This document shows positions 46,651-55,766 of a stretch of 64,000 bases of DNA, in pieces. A program made the translations under genes and the position numbers. How positions within the stretch are numbered: position 1 is the first letter of the stretch; each line of letters begins with the position of its first letter. This DNA is from Clostridiales bacterium (GTDB lineage Bacteria; Bacillota; Clostridia; Christensenellales; Aristaeellaceae), in assembly GCA_019419995.1 (NCBI GenBank), contig JAHZHZ010000007.1, positions 2,402-66,401 of the forward strand. The letters are read 5' to 3'. The notes under the pieces were generated by a model. It was not told the origin of the DNA, did no database searches, and saw only the letters and a program-made list of their open reading frames with translations.

Positions 46651-48600
46651 CTACTGAATTAACTGGAACTGGAGGTTCGCATCCTTCATAAAGCCTTCTT
46701 TTCCCTCGTAGCGGATGCGTACCCAGTCATCCGTCACTCCCAGTTGAATGACTTCTACATGTGTGCCCGCCGGCAAGCTTCCCAAAATTACGCCGTCCTC
46801 TGAGCCCACATCATATACGGAAGCTTTCCCCTCCTCTTCCGAGCAAATCACTACCGCCGCAATGCTGCCGTCTCCATCTTCCAGCTTCAACTGCGAGGCG
46901 TAGCTTTCTTCCTCCTGTTCCGTGCTTTGCACCTCATCGGCGCTACCCTGCCAGAAAGTCAAATAATCATTGAGGAGATAGCCAATCTTATCGTCATAAC
47001 CAACACGCGTCCATCCCTCTACCTCAGAGAGCACCCTGAGATTGGTTCCATTGGGAATTTCAGCCAAAACGCTAGCTTCGGTGTCAGCATCAGCGCGCAG
47101 GTTGAGCCTCACATCGTCCGCACCTGTATTCACTGTAACGTAGTCTACCGTCTCCATTGCGTCGCTGGAATACTGTTCGCTGGCATAGTAACCTGAAAAA
47201 GCATCTGCTATGCTCTGCGCACCCGCCTGGTATTCTGCCATGGTATGGCCAATCTGATAAACCGTACCACTGCCGTCGTCAAATTTGAGAATCACATTCT
47301 CCTGCGTGTAAGGCTCCAAATAGCGTTTCAACACATAGCCGTTTATGGAATCCGCCGTAATACTGGCCCAATCCCCCTCTATTCCGTTGAGCAGAACATT
47401 GTCCCCATCATGCAGTTTCCCCAAGTTCTCGCTCTCCGTGCTGGGTTTGGATCGTATGATGATGTTTGCGTCCGACTCAAGCGTGGCCATGTTCACTTCT
47501 TCGCGAACCTCCTGAGCCTGAGGCACAGCATCCGCGCCAAAGGTCTGCTCCAGTTGATTGAGCAGATAGTAGGCCGCCTGCTGAATTTCCGCAGAGGCGA
47601 CGCCATCCACCGGATAACCGCAGGCTCCCTCAAAAGCCCGCACTGCCTGGCTGACATCCAGATCATACACGCTATCCAGTTCTCCGGAATAAAATCCCAG
47701 CGTATTTAAAGCTTCCTGAAGCTTTTTCACCACCGGGCCACTGCTTCCCTCCTGGAGCGTGATCTGTCCCGCCGACACTGGCGCATTGTCGGAATAAATC
47801 ACTTCCAGCAATTCTTCCGTGGAAATGCCGTTTTGCGCCACGCCAAGATCCGCCTGGAGGCGCTTTACTGCTGCAATGGTAGCCTCATCATACCTGCCGT
47901 GGGCCTCCCCCTCATAGTAGCCCAGATCCATCAGCCGGTGCTGAAGATCTGCCACTTCTGTGCCAGAGGACCCATTGCCCAGCGCATTTTCAGAATATCC
48001 CAGAAATTCAGAATAACTCATGCCGTCCTCTCCCGTGTAGGAGGAAACCAACAATAGCTGACGCAACCCTTCATCTTTTTCATCTGCTCTGTAGATCTTT
48101 ACAAGCGTACCTTCCAGGCATTCCTTGGCGATAAAGCGGGCGTCATCCACTCGAAGCCGAATGCAGCCATGGGAATCGGGGGTGCCAAGCTTCTTGGCAC
48201 TCTCCTCAATCATGGTAGATTCATCCTTTTCCGAGAAAGGCAGGGAATGGAACATGTATCCCAGATAAATGCGGGTGGCGAATTTTACCCAGGATTGGTA
48301 CTGACCCAGCCACGTCCACTCTCCCCGTTCAGAGAGCCGTCCCTTCTCCGTGAGATGAAAAGTGCCCTCGGGTGTGCAATCGTTCATGCCCGTAGAACAG
48401 AGCATCTGCCGCGCAATGGTATCGTCTTCAGTTCTGTACACGGTCACAATTTGATTGGTAAGATCAACGCCGATGTAGTACGGCATGTCATAGGCCGCCA
48501 ACGCAGAGCTGCAAGGCGCAAGCGCCAGAATCAATGTCAACAAAACAACAGCGATTTTTTGTAAACTCATCTCATACCTCAACCCTTGTAAGTCCGTCAT
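46651..48600 (-). CDS. L,D-transpeptidase (YkuD) with peptidoglycan-binding and SH3b repeats
   Basis: SHGCIRL catalytic motif, two PG_binding_1-like repeats (GSSGTEVADLQHRLMDLGYY; GSSGPVVKKLQEALNTLGFY), C-terminal SH3-like repeats; true start may be ATG 48570 (MSLQKIAVVLL signal). Confidence 0.88.
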   Translation of the reverse strand: MTDLQGLRYEMSLQKIAVVLLTLILALAPCSSALAAYDMPYYIGVDLTNQIVTVYRTEDDTIARQMLCSTGMNDCTPEGTFHLTEKGRLSERGEWTWLGQYQSWVKFATRIYLGYMFHSLPFSEKDESTMIEESAKKLGTPDSHGCIRLRVDDARFIAKECLEGTLVKIYRADEKDEGLRQLLLVSSYTGEDGMSYSEFLGYSENALGNGSSGTEVADLQHRLMDLGYYEGEAHGRYDEATIAAVKRLQADLGVAQNGISTEELLEVIYSDNAPVSAGQITLQEGSSGPVVKKLQEALNTLGFYSGELDSVYDLDVSQAVRAFEGACGYPVDGVASAEIQQAAYYLLNQLEQTFGADAVPQAQEVREEVNMATLESDANIIIRSKPSTESENLGKLHDGDNVLLNGIEGDWASITADSINGYVLKRYLEPYTQENVILKFDDGSGTVYQIGHTMAEYQAGAQSIADAFSGYYASEQYSSDAMETVDYVTVNTGADDVRLNLRADADTEASVLAEIPNGTNLRVLSEVEGWTRVGYDDKIGYLLNDYLTFWQGSADEVQSTEQEEESYASQLKLEDGDGSIAAVVICSEEEGKASVYDVGSEDGVILGSLPAGTHVEVIQLGVTDDWVRIRYEGKEGFMKDANLQFQLIQ

Positions 48601-48796
48601 TAATTAAATCTACTTTATCGATTACATCCGGAATATTCTGAAATACTCCTGTAATAATTATAACACAGATTCCCATGCCAGCACAAGACCAGCGGATATG
48701 CCTATCGCTCTTTTTTCCTGGAAAGTCTTGCTAAAAAGTGACTCATGGTTTAAACTGTAGACATCAAAAGCGCGGGTAACGCCTGCGAAGGGAGAA

Positions 48797-49090
48797 ATGG
48801 ATATGCGCCTGCGGCTCAATGAAACCGAACTGAAGCAACTCAACGACTATCTGGACCGGTGTCCTGATTGTGAATATCTCTCCCAACGGGAAGTTGTACT
48901 GGATCTCTATGATAACGAACCTCCCGTTTCCCTGAATTTCGTGTTTGTGCAAGGTGGCATCGGCATTGATGGCGCTGCCTATCTGGAATATTCGCAGGCC
49001 GATGACGGTTATTACATGGGGGAACGCATACAGGATGTTCAGGTGGTACGCACCGCGTTGGAAGAAGCCGGTGCGCTTCCAAAGTCATGA
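48797..49090 (+). CDS. Hypothetical protein (97 aa) translationally coupled to radC
   Basis: No recognised family; stop overlaps radC ATG (ATGA 49087-49090); ATG 48803 is an alternative start. Confidence 0.5.
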   Translation: MDMRLRLNETELKQLNDYLDRCPDCEYLSQREVVLDLYDNEPPVSLNFVFVQGGIGIDGAAYLEYSQADDGYYMGERIQDVQVVRTALEEAGALPKS

Positions 49091-49794
49091 ACTCCACGCG
49101 CAGTCAGGACAGGCGCACCTTTGACGCGTTAAAAGCTCTACTGGAGCACATGCACCCCAGAGAGGATACCCACGCACTGATTGAAACCCTTCGCTGCCAT
49201 TTTCATTCTGCAGATGCTCTGTTCAGCGCCGACGCTCGGGTACTGGAGCGCTTGGGCGTACGTAAAAATGACGCATTGTTGCTGAGCCACATGACAGATC
49301 TGGTACGCTATTTGCGGCGCACGGATTTTGACCAACGCCCCGATCTGGGAACTCTGGCCTCAGCCGCGCCCTATCTGGTGGCAAATTTTCATGGATTACA
49401 GCTTGAGCGTTTCTATCTCTTTTGTCTGGATGTCCGCGGACGCCTGAAGCATCGGGTTCTGCTTCAGGAAGGCACCTCAGATGGCGCGCTCTTCAGCCTA
49501 AAGGCCATGCTTTCCGAAGTGGTGCAGTCTTCCCCCAGTGCCATCATCTTCGGACACAATCATCCTGGACGTACCCTGCGGCCCTCTCAGGATGATATCG
49601 GCTGCACTTTGGACGCTATCCGAGCGCTAACTGTAGTGGGCGTGCCCTTGCTGGATCACGTGATCATCGCGGGAGAACGCGCCGTTAGCATGCGGGACAA
49701 TGGCTTTATTCCAGCCATGCAATGGCTGAATCAGTGCCCTGACAACCCTCTTCTGCAAAACTGGCTTCAAGTCCCGTCATCTGACAAGACGTAG
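49087..49794 (+). CDS. radC: RadC-family JAB/MPN-domain protein
   Basis: GHNHPGRTLRPSQDD JAMM-like motif, N-terminal HhH-like segment LERLGVRKNDALLL. Confidence 0.85.
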   Translation: MNSTRSQDRRTFDALKALLEHMHPREDTHALIETLRCHFHSADALFSADARVLERLGVRKNDALLLSHMTDLVRYLRRTDFDQRPDLGTLASAAPYLVANFHGLQLERFYLFCLDVRGRLKHRVLLQEGTSDGALFSLKAMLSEVVQSSPSAIIFGHNHPGRTLRPSQDDIGCTLDAIRALTVVGVPLLDHVIIAGERAVSMRDNGFIPAMQWLNQCPDNPLLQNWLQVPSSDKT

Positions 49795-49828
49795 GGTGCG
49801 TAAAAATCCTTGTGTGTAAATTTTTTAC

Positions 49829-49857
49829 TTGACAATCCCCACCATTGCACTTATGCT
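49829..49857 (+). promoter_or_regulatory. Sigma-A-type promoter of glnN (TTGACA-17-TATGCT)
   Basis: Read directly, anchored by frame of track ORF 49810. Confidence 0.6.
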
Positions 49858-49929
49858 GAAATAGATCTCTACAGCCGGAATTTCCGGCTATTTTCTATTG
49901 ATATTACGAATCTGGGAGGGACTCAAAAC

Positions 49930-52020
49930 GTGCAGGACGTAACCGCCGAATTCGGCATAAATGTGTTTAACGACAGCGTAATGCGTGCCCGATTGCCCAA
50001 GGAAACCTACCGTCAACTCCAAAAGACGATGAAGGATGGCCGGCGTCTGGATGAGAATCTTGCCGTTGTCGTGGCCAATGCTATGAAGGATTGGGCGCTG
50101 GAAAAAGGGGCCACCCACTACACCCATTGGTTCCAACCCATGACCGGTATCACGGCAGAAAAGCATGACAGCTTCATCTCTCCCGCAGATGGCGGACGGG
50201 TCATCATGGAATTCTCCGGCAAGGAGCTGATTCAGGGAGAGCCAGACGCGTCCAGCTTCCCCTCTGGGGGACTGCGCGCCACCTTCGAGGCCCGCGGCTA
50301 CACCGCCTGGGATCCTAACAGCTACGCCTTTATCAAGGACGGCGTACTATGCATTCCCACGGCATTTTGCTCCTATGGCGGAGAGGCTCTGGATAAAAAG
50401 ACGCCCCTTTTGCGCTCCATGGAGGCCATTAACCGGCAGGCGTTGCGCATTCTCAAGCTCTTTGGCAATGCGGACGTAACCAATGTCAAGACCACTGTTG
50501 GTCCTGAGCAGGAGTATTTCCTGGTGGATGCAGACATATTTGCCCGACGCAAGGATCTGATGTATACAGGGCGCACCCTCTTTGGCGCCCGTCCTCCCAA
50601 AGGTCAGGAACTCAACGACCACTATTTCGGCGCCATCAAGCCCAGGGTACAGGCCTTCATGACCGAGCTCAACGAAGAATTGTGGAAATTGGGTATTCTG
50701 GCAAAAACTGAACACAATGAGGCCGCTCCCGCCCAACATGAGTTGGCGCCCATCTTCTCCATCACCAATATTTCTACTGATCACAATCAGCTGACCATGG
50801 AACTGATGCAGAAGATTGCCCGCAAGCATCACATGGTGTGCCTGCTTCATGAAAAGCCCTTCGCGGGCGTCAACGGCAGTGGAAAGCATAACAACTGGTC
50901 GCTCTCCACCAACACCGGCATCAACCTTTTTGAGCCTGGAGAGACGCCCTATGAAAACGCTCAATTCTTGCTGTTGCTCTGTGCAGTGATTAAAGCTGTA
51001 GATGAATATCAGGATCTTTTGCGCGTTTCCGTGGCTTCCGCGGGCAACGATCACCGATTGGGCGGTTACGAGGCCCCCCCTGCCATCGTCTCCATGTTCC
51101 TGGGTAGCGAATTGACGGATATTCTCCAGGCCATCGAAGCAGGCGAGTCGTATGGATGCCATGAAAAGGAAGTTTTAAAGGTGGGCGTTCATACGCTGCC
51201 CCGCTTTCCCAAGGACAGCACCGACCGCAACCGCACTTCTCCCTTTGCGTTCACGGGCAATAAATTTGAATTCCGCATGCTGGGTTCATCCGCTTCCATA
51301 GCAGATACAAACGTGGTACTCAATACCGCTGTAGCAGAAGAACTTCGGCAATTTGCAGACGCTTTGGAGCGTGCCGAGGATTTTGAATCTGCCCTGCACG
51401 TACTGATCCGGGAAACCATCATCGCCCACAAGCGCATTATTTTTAACGGCAATGGTTACGAGGAAGCCTGGGTAGAAGAAGCGCGCCGTCGCGGATTGCT
51501 GAATCTTCGCACCACTCCGGATTGCGTACCGTGTCTGCTGGCGGAAAAAAATGTGCGCCTCTTTGAAAAACATGGCGTCTTTAATCGTGCAGAGTTGGAA
51601 TCCCGCCATGAAGTTATGCTGGAAAATTATGTCAAGGTGATCAATATCGAAGCGCTGACCATGCTGGAAATGGTGCATCGGGATATTCTTCCAGCCGTGA
51701 GCGGCTTCATTAGTGAATTGAGCGAAACCATGGCCCGTGTCAAACAGATGGGGCTAAGCATCAACACCTCCTATGAGACGGAGACCGCCAAACAGCTTTC
51801 AACCCTTTCAGCTCAAACCTGGAACAATGCCAACGAGCTGGAACGGATATTGAACCAATCTGCCGGCCTGAGCACCATGGATCTGGCCCTCGCCCATCGG
51901 GATCAGGTGCTGCCCGCCATGCAATCCCTGCGGTCGCTGGTTGACGAAATGGAGACTCTGACCTCTGCCAGGTGTTGGCCCTACCCCAGCTATGGAGAAC
52001 TGCTTTTCAGTGTGCGCTAA
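49930..52020 (+). CDS. glnN: Glutamine synthetase type III
   Basis: Start proposed at GTG 49930 (GGGAGGG RBS, 9-nt spacer): VQDVTAEFGINVFNDSVMRARLPKETY...; HYTHWFQP, EHNEAAPAQHE motifs of GSIII; about 696 aa. Confidence 0.9.
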   Translation: MQDVTAEFGINVFNDSVMRARLPKETYRQLQKTMKDGRRLDENLAVVVANAMKDWALEKGATHYTHWFQPMTGITAEKHDSFISPADGGRVIMEFSGKELIQGEPDASSFPSGGLRATFEARGYTAWDPNSYAFIKDGVLCIPTAFCSYGGEALDKKTPLLRSMEAINRQALRILKLFGNADVTNVKTTVGPEQEYFLVDADIFARRKDLMYTGRTLFGARPPKGQELNDHYFGAIKPRVQAFMTELNEELWKLGILAKTEHNEAAPAQHELAPIFSITNISTDHNQLTMELMQKIARKHHMVCLLHEKPFAGVNGSGKHNNWSLSTNTGINLFEPGETPYENAQFLLLLCAVIKAVDEYQDLLRVSVASAGNDHRLGGYEAPPAIVSMFLGSELTDILQAIEAGESYGCHEKEVLKVGVHTLPRFPKDSTDRNRTSPFAFTGNKFEFRMLGSSASIADTNVVLNTAVAEELRQFADALERAEDFESALHVLIRETIIAHKRIIFNGNGYEEAWVEEARRRGLLNLRTTPDCVPCLLAEKNVRLFEKHGVFNRAELESRHEVMLENYVKVINIEALTMLEMVHRDILPAVSGFISELSETMARVKQMGLSINTSYETETAKQLSTLSAQTWNNANELERILNQSAGLSTMDLALAHRDQVLPAMQSLRSLVDEMETLTSARCWPYPSYGELLFSVR

Positions 52021-52031
52021 ACAAAATTCAG

Positions 52032-52076
52032 GCCCGCTCCCCCCAATCTTTCTCCCGGGGGAAGCGGGCTTTTTTC
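52032..52076. terminator. Terminator between convergent glnN and rpiB
   Basis: gcccgctcccc...ggggaagcgggc stem followed by tttttt. Confidence 0.75.
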
Positions 52077-52097
52077 AAGGGCAGATGCAAGATGTCA

Positions 52098-52550
52098 TTA
52101 ATTGCAGCTTTGTTCCTGCTCAATGCGCATAATCATTTCCACGCGCTGGGCATGTCGTCCGCCCTCCGCCTCCGTTTCCAGGAAAGCGTCTACAATGCTC
52201 TCTGCCATTTGCGGACCCACAATGCGCTCACCAAAGGCAATCATATTGCAATCATTGTGCGCACGGCACATCCGGGCGCTCACAGGTTCTGAAACGCATG
52301 CGCAACGAATGGAATGAACCTTGTTGGCCGCCAATGAAATGCCCACCCCTGTTCCGCAGATTACGATACCTCTCTCTGCCTGTCCGGAGGCAACTGCCTT
52401 GGCCACCCTTTCTCCGCAGACGGGATAATCCGCCCGCTCCGTGGTGTCCACTCCCAGATTCATGACCTCATATCCCTTTTCTTCCAGATATTTAAGAACG
52501 TGAAACTTGAGCGCTACCGCTGCATGATCATTTCCAATGGCAATTTTCAT
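52098..52550 (-). CDS. rpiB: Ribose-5-phosphate isomerase B
   Basis: MKIAIGNDHAA..., ICGTGVGISLAANK; start trimmed to ATG 52550 (GGAGGAAAGG RBS). Confidence 0.92.
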   Translation of the reverse strand: MKIAIGNDHAAVALKFHVLKYLEEKGYEVMNLGVDTTERADYPVCGERVAKAVASGQAERGIVICGTGVGISLAANKVHSIRCACVSEPVSARMCRAHNDCNMIAFGERIVGPQMAESIVDAFLETEAEGGRHAQRVEMIMRIEQEQSCN

Positions 52551-52694
52551 AAACCTTTCCTCCACGATCATTAACTGTTGTTTCCTTCACTATACAGCCC
52601 TGAATCACTTTTGTCAACAGAATTCTCCATCCTTGACAAGCCCCTCTCGAAGGTCTACAATAGACGCAGATTTATAGAAGGGATTAAATAATCC

Positions 52695-53378
52695 ATGAGG
52701 AAAATTGGCATTGCAATCTTTGTCCTGCTGTTGCTTGCCTGCGCAGGCGCCATGGCCTTTTCGGGCTCGGGTTATCCCGCCTGGGATGGAGAAGCTGAAC
52801 CCGACAACGGATTGAATGCCAAATTTGGAGATGAAAGGATCGCGCTGAACTTTGATCCCACGCCGGATTATTCTTTCTGTGGAGAGGACCAGATTCAAGC
52901 TTGTTTTTTTGCCTACGACAAATTGAAACACAACTATCTGGAACTATATCTGCTGTTGCCTTTGAACATCTCTGCCGGTGACATTCTGCAAAGCGAGGAA
53001 GGATCGCCCTGCTCTGTGTCCCTCTATGAAGTCAACCTTCAAGGCGAAACCCTGCACTATGCGGGTCGCGCAGGTTCAGGCGTCTTCCCTGAAGGCAGCC
53101 GTTTAGAAATCCACATTGAACAAATGAAAATGGATGGAGACCAGCTGGTCATGAAGGGACGGCTTCAGGCGCGGATGGGTGAAATTCAACAGGATGTGCC
53201 CACCGGCAAATTTCTGGAGCTGAGTGACGCTCTTTTCTGCTTTTCGTTGCCGCTGAGTGAAGGGCAGCGCGGTTCGTCCCCCACCTCTGTACCGCAGGAG
53301 ACTCCTCCGGCATTGACTCAAGCCCCAGCGGGCGCAAAACCCGTTTTTACCCTGCCCCCGGATTACAGGGTGATATAA
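52695..53378 (+). CDS. Putative lipoprotein, unknown function
   Basis: Lipobox LLLAC, Pro/Thr-rich C-terminus; no recognised family. Confidence 0.6.
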   Translation: MRKIGIAIFVLLLLACAGAMAFSGSGYPAWDGEAEPDNGLNAKFGDERIALNFDPTPDYSFCGEDQIQACFFAYDKLKHNYLELYLLLPLNISAGDILQSEEGSPCSVSLYEVNLQGETLHYAGRAGSGVFPEGSRLEIHIEQMKMDGDQLVMKGRLQARMGEIQQDVPTGKFLELSDALFCFSLPLSEGQRGSSPTSVPQETPPALTQAPAGAKPVFTLPPDYRVI

Positions 53379-53423
53379 AGAGGCAGAAAAATATTGTTTA
53401 AGGAAATGGAGATGGTACTATTT

Positions 53424-54377
53424 ATGAAACTAAAAAAATTGCTATGTCTGGTTGCCGCACTGGTTCTGGTAGTTTCCTGTGCCGCTGCTGAGGGAACAAA
53501 TGTAGCCGCGCTCAAGGGGCCTACTGCCATGGGTATGGTAAAAATGATGCAGGATGATGCAGGAACCCTTTACAACTTTGAAATCTGCGCTTCCGCTGAT
53601 GAAATTACGCCTCGCCTGGTGCAGGGGGAAATTGACATTGCCGCCCTGCCGGCTAATTTGGCCGCCATTCTCTACGGCCGTACCGAGGGTGAATTGCAGG
53701 TTCTGGCCGTGAATACGTTGGGCGTACTGTATATCGCCGAGCGGGGTGAAAGCATCCAAAGCGTCGCCGATCTGGCTGGAAAGACCATCTACTCCGCGGG
53801 TAAGGGTTCCACACCGGAATTTGCTTTAAACTATATTCTCAAGTCCAACGGACTCACCCCTGGCAAAGATGTAACTATCGAGTATAAATCTGAACATAGC
53901 GAATGCCTGGCAGCATTGATGAACGATGCAAGCGCAGCCGCCATGCTGCCTCAGCCTTTCATCACCACCGCGCTCTCTCAGGCTGAGGATATGCGGGTAG
54001 CCTTGGATCTAACGCAGGAATGGGACAAGTTACAGGATGAAAATGGCAGTGCCATGATCACCGGCGTAGTTGTCGCCCGCAGAGACTTTATCGAAAGTCA
54101 GCCGGAAGCGGTAGAGCGTTTCCTGACGGATTACGCTGCTTCCGTGGAATACACCCTTGCCAATGTGAGCGAAGCTGCCCAGATCATCGGCGAATATGAC
54201 ATTGTCCCCGCCGCCGTAGCGGAGAAGGCGTTGCCCCAGTGCAACATCTGCTGCATTACAGGTGCAGAAATGCAGAACAAGCTCTCCGGCTATCTGCAGG
54301 TGCTCTTTGAGGCCGATCCCGCTTCTGTGGGTGGTGCGCTGCCGGATGACGGCTTCTACTACGGTGCGGAAGCTTAA
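53424..54377 (+). CDS. ABC transporter substrate-binding lipoprotein (NMT1/THI5, NitT/TauT family)
   Basis: Start trimmed to ATG 53424 (MKLKKLLCLVAALVLVVSC lipobox); ALKGPTAMGM... Confidence 0.8.
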   Translation: MKLKKLLCLVAALVLVVSCAAAEGTNVAALKGPTAMGMVKMMQDDAGTLYNFEICASADEITPRLVQGEIDIAALPANLAAILYGRTEGELQVLAVNTLGVLYIAERGESIQSVADLAGKTIYSAGKGSTPEFALNYILKSNGLTPGKDVTIEYKSEHSECLAALMNDASAAAMLPQPFITTALSQAEDMRVALDLTQEWDKLQDENGSAMITGVVVARRDFIESQPEAVERFLTDYAASVEYTLANVSEAAQIIGEYDIVPAAVAEKALPQCNICCITGAEMQNKLSGYLQVLFEADPASVGGALPDDGFYYGAEA

Positions 54378-55116
54378 GAGTTCTCCCCGCCTGTGGGCAG
54401 TGGGATTTTGGCTCCTAATTTGGCAGGCAGCCGCCATATCGGTGGGCCGGGACTTTCTTCTGGCCTCACCCCTTACAGTTCTTCAACGTTTTTGCCAATT
54501 GATTGTGACCGCGCCCTTCTGGGGCGCGGCCCTGTATTCTCTTTTGCGGATTTTTGGGGGCTTCTTGCTGGGCTTATGTGCAGGTGTTATACTTGCCGGC
54601 CTTTCCGCCCGCTATCGTTGGATACGAGAACTGATCGCCCCGGTCTGGATAGTATTGCGCGCCATTCCGGTAGCATCATTTGTTATTGTGGCGCTGATTT
54701 GGGTACCTTCGCGAAATCTATCCGTACTGATCAGTTTCTTAATTGTCTTTCCCTTGATCTATGCGGGCACCCTCGCGGAAATTGAGCGAACAGATCCTCA
54801 CATGCTGGAAATGGCCCATCTATTCCGCATGTCCCGCTCACGGCGCATACTCTACCTCTATGCACTGCCGGCACTTGTACCGTTAGAATCGGTCTTTACC
54901 ACGGCCATCGGCCTGGCATGGAAATCTGGAGTGGCAGCAGAGCTGATATCCATTCCCTCCGGCTCCATTGGCGAAGCCCTATACCGGGCCAAGGTTTACC
55001 TGATGACCGGCGATCTCTTTGCCTGGACGATTCTCATCGTACTGCTCAGCGCGGCCTGCGCCCGTCTGTTTGCTTTGTTGACCCGCCTACTTCGCCGATT
55101 GCTGGAAAGGATGTGA
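54346..55116 (+). CDS. ABC transporter permease (NitT/TauT family)
   Basis: 6 TM, EAA-like MLEMAHLFRMSRSRRILYLYALPAL; start uncertain (ATG 54346 overlaps the SBP gene by 32 nt). Confidence 0.8.
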   Translation: MTASTTVRKLKSSPRLWAVGFWLLIWQAAAISVGRDFLLASPLTVLQRFCQLIVTAPFWGAALYSLLRIFGGFLLGLCAGVILAGLSARYRWIRELIAPVWIVLRAIPVASFVIVALIWVPSRNLSVLISFLIVFPLIYAGTLAEIERTDPHMLEMAHLFRMSRSRRILYLYALPALVPLESVFTTAIGLAWKSGVAAELISIPSGSIGEALYRAKVYLMTGDLFAWTILIVLLSAACARLFALLTRLLRRLLERM

Positions 55117-55124
55117 GCTTTGCA

Positions 55125-55766
55125 ATGTCTGTAGATCTTCAATTGGAAAAGCTGTGCAAAGCTTACGGGGAGCGAAGCGTCTTAAATCAGCTCAGTTTCC
55201 ATTTTTCCCCCGGCAAGCCCAACTGCATTTTAGGCCCCTCAGGCTGTGGAAAAACCACGTTACTTCGGCTAATCTGTGGGCTGGAGGCGCCTGATTCCGG
55301 CCATATTTCCGGTGTGGAAGGAAAAAAAATCAGCGCGGTCTTTCAGGAAGACCGGCTGTTTCAGCAATTGTCCGCGGAAAAAAATGTGCTGCTCACCGCA
55401 TCAGGCCATATAGAGCGCAATTACGCCCGATCCCTGCTGCGTCAGTTGGGATTGGACGAGGGTGACATGCAGCGCCCAGTTCGGGAATTTAGTGGAGGTA
55501 TGGCCCGCAGAGTGGCCATTGCTCGGGCACTGGCCGCTGAATATGACCTATTAGTTTTGGACGAGCCATTGCGCGGGCTGGACGGTGAAACTCGGCAGCG
55601 AGCGCTGGATTGCATTCGCACTCACGCTGAGGGCCGCACTTCCCTGTGGGTTACCCACGATGAACGGGATGCCCAGCAGCTTCAGGCACGCATTTTGCGT
55701 CTCGCCCCACTTTCAACAGGGGCCGTCCCTTCGGAAGATTTCCCCATCAGTTCAAGCGAACGCTGA
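55125..55766 (+). CDS. ABC transporter ATP-binding protein
   Basis: GPSGCGKTT, FSGGMARRVAIARAL, LVLDEPLRGLD; start trimmed to ATG 55125. Confidence 0.9.
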   Translation: MSVDLQLEKLCKAYGERSVLNQLSFHFSPGKPNCILGPSGCGKTTLLRLICGLEAPDSGHISGVEGKKISAVFQEDRLFQQLSAEKNVLLTASGHIERNYARSLLRQLGLDEGDMQRPVREFSGGMARRVAIARALAAEYDLLVLDEPLRGLDGETRQRALDCIRTHAEGRTSLWVTHDERDAQQLQARILRLAPLSTGAVPSEDFPISSSER

